Shown here one piece after another: positions 63,171 through 64,000 of a stretch of 64,000 nt of DNA. Within the stretch, counting starts at the first letter, position 1. Each line of letters starts with the position of its first letter. The translations under genes and the position numbers were made by a program. The stretch lies in contig JAYWIR010000003.1 of NCBI GenBank assembly GCA_036172245.1, positions 2,356,001-2,420,000 of the forward strand, given 5' to 3'. The DNA is from Raillietiella orientalis. Taxonomy: Eukaryota. The notes beneath the pieces were generated by a model, which saw nothing but the letters and a program-made list of their open reading frames with translations, was not told where the DNA came from and made no database searches.

Positions 63171-63299
63171 GGCCGCAGGGAGTTCACCGTCCTGCGCGGT
63201 TCCAGCGCAGCACGCCGCTCTGCTCCCCCCCGGGACGGGACATGGAGGACGATCGGATTACCACCAGGATCCGTTTTGTTTTTATTTTTATTTTTTTCT

Positions 63300-63430
63300 T
63301 TGGACGGGAGGAAGTGACGTCGCCTTTGAGAAATGTCTTCCGAACGAGCGGGTAGGAAGCGCTGGGGGAAACCGTCTGATAGGAGGAGGAGCGGGACCAA
63401 TCGCCGAGTCTGATCACCAGCTGACGCGCA
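63300..63430. promoter_or_regulatory. Promoter-like motif cluster (ETS/CRE overlap and CCAAT box) in GC-rich DNA
   Basis: GGAAGTGACGT at 63310-63320 and GACCAATCG (CCAAT at 63397-63401), just upstream of the Gypsy gag where the 5' LTR would lie. Function is not shown. Confidence 0.3.
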
Positions 63431-64000
63431 TCACCGACGTGGCGCCCGCCCGTCACAGGCGAGAGGGCGACTCTTCGACCAGACTTGCACAGGCAGCAGC
63501 ACCCCAGAGGGGGGAGGAGGAGTCCCTCACCACGCCGAAGCCGTCGCCATGGAGCAGGGGAGGAAGGGGGGAGGGGAAGGCAAAATCGGGGGGGGAACCG
63601 GAAAACGGGAGGAAGAAATTCCTCTCTCGAAAGATCTGGTGATCGAGAAATCTCTCTGCTGCTGCGGCAGCGGGGGGAAGAGCGACCGTCCTCCCTCTTA
63701 GTTCCCGTTTTTTTTTTTTCTTCAGCCCTCCTCTCTCCGAACGGTGGGGGTCGGTTCCGAGAACGACGTGACGGGAAATCCTTTCCCCTCCCGTTCCCGG
63801 GTGGGGGGAGAGCTCGTAGGCTGGAAGCTTTGAGGAGGAAGGGAAAAGGAACTCGGCCCTCACCCAACTTGGCAGGGCAGAAGAGGGAAAAAAAAAAAAA
63901 AAAAGTTTTCTCGCATCCGCGCAGCCTCCCTCCTCCTCCAGGATTCTTCTTCCCGATACGGTTCTTCCGTATAATTTCCCGATTTGCAGCCTTCCCGCTC

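Noticed and set aside
1..64000. CRISPR array, rRNA, complete tRNA, prokaryotic operon or spliced host gene
   Set aside because: I found no regularly spaced repeats, rRNA signatures, full cloverleaf or dense long ORFs. No exon chain could be assembled, although small exons of a large-intron gene cannot be excluded by eye.

Overview
This looks like eukaryotic DNA, probably from an invertebrate animal (inferred from the transposon repertoire, microsatellites, long A/T runs and absence of operon-like coding). I found no intact protein-coding gene, rRNA, complete tRNA or CRISPR array. Most ORF-track entries are chance ORFs or short in-frame pieces of dead transposons. Read through frameshifts and stops, the window is a near-continuous mosaic of about 45 heavily decayed transposable-element (TE) fragments, mostly 0.3-1.2 kb. 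They include mariner, Tc1/maT, pogo/Tigger, hAT, piggyBac, PIF/Harbinger, a probable Sola2-type transposase, many Gypsy pieces (one nearly reconstructable gag-PR-RT-IN element at about 60.1-63.2 kb), a DIRS-like RT, L1/Tx1, CR1/L2, RTE and Penelope-like retroelements. All family calls are by-eye matches to remembered consensus motifs, boundaries are approximate (about +/-50-100 bp), and all need HMM or tBLASTn confirmation. I see no convincing new functional system. The most interesting points are the uniform decay of every TE, a GC-rich promoter-like block upstream of the Gypsy fossil, two related Tx1-type 3' ends, and a roughly 100-bp post-decay duplication.
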